A stretch of 62,236 nucleotides of DNA, filler included, from Fonticula-like sp. SCN 57-25 (taxonomy: Eukaryota), in assembly GCA_001724245.1 (NCBI GenBank). It is 10 parts of 10 records of this genome, joined end to end, with 100 filler letters (N's around TTAATTAATTAA, not from the genome) between each part and the next. Parts side by side here need not be neighbours in the genome. Positions count along the whole stretch, not along the records: positions 56,218 to 62,236 come from MEDX01000490.1; 9 more parts are not named here. The stretch is one strand, 5' to 3'. The first letter of the stretch is position 1, and every line of letters begins with the position of its first letter. Position numbers and translations under genes: made by a program. This document shows positions 57,890-62,236 of the stretch, piece after piece. The notes below the pieces were generated by a model. That model searched no databases. It was not told where the DNA came from and saw nothing but the letters and a program-made list of their open reading frames with translations.

Positions 57890-58573
57890 ATGTTTCGGAG
57901 GGCATTGTCGTCGCGCTATGTGTTTGCGGCGATTCCGCTGACGGCGTTTGGCCTCGGCACGTGGCAGGTTTACCGCTTACAGTGGAAGACAAAGCTTATT
58001 GAGGACCTGCGCTCGCTAACAGAGCTGGACCCCGTTGATCCTCCGGCGAACCTCTCGGATCTCCTCGGACCCGACTACCAGTGGCGCCGCATCAAGCTCC
58101 ACGGCGAATTTGACCACGCGCGCGAGGTCCGCGTCGGCCCGCGGACGCGCGAAGGCGTTGCCGGCATGCACGTCGTCACGCCCTTTACGCTCGACAATGG
58201 CCAGCGCCTCCTCGTGAATCGCGGCTTTGTGCCAACGTCATCCGCCGATCCCCGCAAGCGCCCCGAGGGCCAGGTCGAGGGCAAGCTTACCATCTACGGC
58301 CTGCCGCGCAAGTCGGAGCGGCCAAACAGGTGGGTACCTGACAACGAGCCCGACCGCGGCCTCTGGTTCTGGGTCGACGCACCGATCCTCGCGAGCCTCA
58401 ACAAAACAGAGCCGGTGGTCGTTGACGCGCTCGCCGACCCGCCGAACCCGGGAGGCCTCCCCATTGGCGGGCAGACTGCCGTGAACATTCGTAATAACCA
58501 CCTTGAGTATGTCGTTACGTGGTATCTGCTGGCGGCCGCCACGACCGTCATGACCGTCATGCGGTGGAAGTAG
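57890..58573 (+). CDS. SURF1: Cytochrome c oxidase assembly protein SURF1/SHY1
   Basis: AFGLGTWQVYRLQWK, LLVNRGFVP and PIGGQTAVNIRNNHLEYVVTWY. Confidence 0.95.
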   Translation: MFRRALSSRYVFAAIPLTAFGLGTWQVYRLQWKTKLIEDLRSLTELDPVDPPANLSDLLGPDYQWRRIKLHGEFDHAREVRVGPRTREGVAGMHVVTPFTLDNGQRLLVNRGFVPTSSADPRKRPEGQVEGKLTIYGLPRKSERPNRWVPDNEPDRGLWFWVDAPILASLNKTEPVVVDALADPPNPGGLPIGGQTAVNIRNNHLEYVVTWYLLAAATTVMTVMRWK

Positions 58574-58657
58574 GGTTCAAGGAATATTTCAACATTTATG
58601 CCTCATTTATAACAGTAATATACAATAAAAATGTACAAAGTTCAAAAGTAGCCAGAG

Positions 58658-59725
58658 CTAGGACGACGCGCGGCGTGGCGTGCGACGCTTGCGCTGCCTC
58701 GCGGCGGCCGGCTGCACCACATTATGGGCGCGCGCCACAGGGACAAACTGCTCGAGCTCCTCGACCGGCAGCAGCGCCCGCGCCAAATCCTCCAATGGCC
58801 GCTGCCTATCCACAAGATGTTGCCTTATGGAATAAATGCGTCAATATTTGAAGTAAACATAAAAATAAGCGCACCGCTCGAAAAGGCGCTCGACGTCGGC
58901 TTCTTCGATGCGCGCGCGCTTTGCGTGCGTCGCGGCGGCCGCGAGGTCCTCCGACACCTGCGTAAAATACCTGTGCGTAATGTCCATGAGCTCCTCGTTG
59001 GCGTCGCGGGTGACGCGCATCGTCGTGAACGACCCAAAGAGGCGCGCCACAAAGCGCGGGTGGAACATCGTCGGTGCCTTGCCGTCGCCCTTTCCGAGCG
59101 CCGAACGCGCCACCGCGGGGGGAGCGTCCGCCAGAACGCCGCCGACAACGGGCGTCGGAGGGAGGCCCGCCACGAACCGCGCGGCCGTCGTCGTGATGTC
59201 GTCCGTTCCAAAGGAGTACTCGGCATTGGCGAAACGGTCGACGGTGTCGGGCGTAGCGCCGTAGCCGCCGACATCGACCGGGGGCGTGTCGGGCGTAGGC
59301 GGAGCCGGAACAGGAGTAGCCTTGGCAGGCGAGGCGGCGCCGCGTGCAGGCGAGGATGGCGTCCGGACGGCCTTTTGGCGAGGGGGGCGCGCCTGAACAA
59401 CCGACGCAGGCGTCTCATTCGCAAGGATCCCGCGAAGCTGAGCAGCGAAGATCGGACGTGAGAAACAGAAACATACAACAAAAATGAAATATTCAAACTA
59501 CAAACTAGACAAAAAACGTACCAGTGCGCGTGGCGTTTCCTTGGCGCCCTTGCGGCCCGACGGCGGCGTACGGCCAGTCGGCGGTTTCCCGGCGCGCATG
59601 CTCGGCGATGTGCCAAGTGCCCGCCCCGCACGAGCGGTCGACGATGACGACGCCGAAGCCGGCGTGTCGGCCGCGATAATCGCACGCATCAGCGAGCGCG
59701 GCGTATCCTTTTGTTTCGGCGGCAT
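58658..59725 (-). CDS. CENPT: Centromere protein T (CENP-T/Cnp20)-like histone-fold protein (introns ~59520-59460 and ~58875-58824)
   Basis: N-terminal TPRSLMRAII and many S/T-P sites. C-terminal YFTQVSEDLAAAATHAKRARIEEADVERLFER|QHLV...LARALLPVEELEQFVPVA. Confidence 0.75.
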
Positions 59726-59839
59726 CGCGACGATCGAATCACTCCCTGCTGGAGGTGCGCGCCAAAAACTGTCACGTCCACGTGGATGAGCAGGCAACGG
59801 AAATACTGCTGACTCACGATAGTCGTTACTAAATCCACC

Positions 59840-60600
59840 ATGCTGTCCGCTGCGCGTGCCGCGGGCCGGCGCCCGCTGCTCGCCGGGCCGTCCGTTCGTA
59901 CGATGTCGGTCATGAACAAGCTCCGCGGTATGCTTGGCATGGCCGGCGGCTCAGACTCGTCGGCCTCGATCGCCGACTTTCAGAAGCTCGATCCTGCCGA
60001 GATCAAGGCGCAGGTGGAGCAGATGACGCTCGACACCTTTGTTGCCGGCAAGCGCAGCTCGCTGTCGGGCATCAAGGGAAAGATGATTGAGTTTGCTGTA
60101 CGTGTACTTAGTATATTGTGTATATGCTGACACGGCGGGCGTTGACAGACAAAGGTTGATGCCGACGCGATGCTTGCGCAGGTCGAGGTGGAGGAGAACA
60201 TCCTCAAGGCCATGTCCGATGCCGAGAAGCAGAACGCGGCCAACCTCACGTCGGGGCAGATGCTCGCCATCAGCCGGCGCTCGGCGTCGCCGCCGGACGT
60301 ACGCCTTGCTTCTTATCTTTTGCGGTTCCTAATGTGGATGGCAGGCCGTGTCGCAGCTGCTGCAGACGTTCGTGATGAGCCGCGCGCAGCTGCTCATCCT
60401 GGCCGACATGAAGGAGCGCGGTGCGCAGATCCCTTCCGACCCCAAGGCGTTGCAGGACATGCTTGGCCAGCACGCGCAGCGCATGATCCGCGAGTCGCAG
60501 TTGAAGCCCATCGATCGCGGCGTACGACACTACTCGATGAACGCGTGCACAACTAACACAACCCACATAGGCGACCAAATCGCGCTTCTATCGCCGGTAA
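59840..60600 (+). CDS. Probable mitochondrial stand-alone Ffh/SRP54 M-domain (SRP_SPB)-like protein; exons 59840-60097, 60149-60298, 60345-60521, 60571-60600
   Basis: Arg-rich, acid-free presequence MLSAARAAGRRPLLAGPSVRTMS. QMTLDTF...ENILKAMSDAEKQNAANLTSGQMLAISRRSASPPD|AVSQLLQTF matches the M-domain pattern. Confidence 0.6.
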
Positions 60601-60750
60601 TTATAAGAGAGTCTACAGTTAAGGATGTGCGTAAGCGGAATTTGTATGTATTCACAATATACCATAAACATAATGCAAGGCTGGAAAGTTTTACAAGATG
60701 GCCAAAGAATGTTCAAATAATGTTTAATAGCCGACGTCACGCACAACAGC

Positions 60751-61726
60751 TCACCGCTCAGAGCCCGCAGTGCCACTCCCGACGTCGAGCGGCGACATTA
60801 GGAACTCGACAAAGCTGATCTGCCCGTCGTCAACCGGGATCATGAACTGGAGCGACAGGAACCCGTGCTCGTTTGTCCTGAGCGACGTCTTTGAGGACGC
60901 CGTGAGGGCATGCGCGCACGCCTGCACCATGCTGAGCCGGTAGCTGTTAATCTGCGTCTGCTCGCACTGGAACGAGTCTATAATGTCGGCGTCGCGCGGG
61001 TAGTCAAGCTCGGTGCTGCCGGTGATGCCGACGGCGGATATCCGCAGGTAGGGCGCCTCGGGCGACACGAGAAAGGTGACCGACTCGGTCGTCTTGTCGA
61101 GCTCTTCAAAGGCCTCACGGAGCCACTCGGACTTCATAATGACCTTGTTTAAAATGCGCGCGTCGCGAATGTTCATGTCTGAGAGAAGCGGCGCCTCGTA
61201 GGTCCGCAGCTTGCACGTCGTCAGAACACCGCGCTCCTCCATCCTGACGAATCCCGGTCAGCAGAAATTTGAAAAGCCGCTGTGCGTACAGAATGTGAAG
61301 GTCGTGCCCGTAGCCGGCCCACGTCAGGCGGAGCGTTGTTGTCACCATTGGGATCGCCTGCGTCGCCGAGGGAAAGATGGACAGGCAGTCGAGCAGCACC
61401 GAGAGAGGCACGCCAAACGTCACATCGTCCGGAAGCGAAAAGTCAAAGCGGTCAAAGAGCGGCTTTTGAATGTACGCGTGCGCCTGCATGCTGCGCGCGT
61501 CCTCGACCGACACCTTCATGCCGTTCGACGTTACCATCACGACCGCCTTGGATTGCTGCAGCCGCGTCAGCATGGCGACGTGCGCGCGAAAGCGTCATAC
61601 CTCTTTAAAACTGATTGCTCGCAACAAGTTATACACTGTCCTCGCATTCTTGATACTCACAGAAAGCACGTCGCGCCCCGACGTCGACTGCTGCGACGAC
61701 GGCACGCCCGCAAACACGTCCGTCAT
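60751..61726 (-). CDS. RAD1: 9-1-1 checkpoint clamp subunit RAD1 (Rec1; budding-yeast Rad17), 3 exons
   Basis: NARTVYNLLRAISFKE, NGMKVSVEDARSMQAHAYIQKPLF, KVIMKSEWLREAFEELD and KTSLRTNEHGFLSLQFMI...SFVEF. Confidence 0.9.
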
Positions 61727-62236
61727 GGTGCCGCGATGCTGGTGCGCCACGCCCTGTCACCTTTTTTTCCCGCGCAACACAATTCAAAATCAGCCAATGG
61801 CAATGCTTGAAAAGGGCGCGAAAGTTTTGAAAGAAGAAAAAACGAACATCACGAGTTTGGCGCGCATCGCGGATCGCTAATTAGGACACACAGCCGCGAC
61901 GCAATAAGCCGTTAATAACAATGCATTCGACGGTGCGGAGAAGCGGGGCACCGCCGTCGCCGCGGTCGATGCGGAGCGACCCTCCCGGCAAGCATGCCTC
62001 GTCATCGCCGGTACGCAGCCACTGATGACGCACGCATGCGCTGATGTAGCCAACTAGCCGTCGTCGCCGGTGCGCACGCGCGCCTTTTCGCCTGCGCCTT
62101 CGTCGCCCATTGGAGAGCCCTGGACGCCCGCTGTGGAGTTGACGGAGCGTATTGAGCGTGAGTCGCCCACCGTAACGCCCACCGACCAGGGCATCGTGGT
62201 CGAGACGCCCTCTGCCCCCATCCGCGGTACGCATGC

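Overview
This is not a prokaryotic locus. The window is ten unrelated ~6.1-kb contigs joined by nine identical 100-nt artificial linkers (N44-TTAATTAATTAA-N44), so gene adjacency across linkers means nothing. The source is a compact, GC-rich eukaryotic nuclear genome with many short GT-AG introns, mostly ~45-90 nt (donors GTGCGC/GTACGC/GTATG, branch sites CTGAC/CTAAC). Gene content suggests a non-animal opisthokont or related protist (inference only). About 30 protein genes or gene fragments can be read by eye, including Ugo1/SLC25A46, Rab, RRP40, LST8, POFUT1, an arylsulfatase, DEGS, a GT47, CLU1, a TBC GAP, YVH1/DUSP12, DD3-3, a CHRD-repeat protein, PLC, condensin CAP-D2, BYE1/DIDO, RPP14, NF-YA, CK1, SHQ1, SURF1, CENP-T and RAD1, plus one tRNA-Gly(GCC). 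I found no CRISPR array or intact mobile element and cannot claim a complete new system. The best leads are: (1) a phased CRE/CCAAT array directly upstream of the CCAAT-binding factor gene NF-YA; (2) a head-to-head DD3-3/CHRD pair sharing an identical 19-aa glycine-zipper TM helix with only synonymous differences; (3) a POFUT1 with Gly at the catalytic Asn position; (4) a stand-alone, probably mitochondrial Ffh/SRP54 M-domain protein; (5) a 7-exon DNRLRE/CBM96-like gene that the ORF track does not recover; (6) contig 4, which is at least 304 nt too long for the descending contig-length order and carries an unexplained GC-rich hairpin island and a duplicated palindromic element. All family calls come from motif recognition, not database searches.
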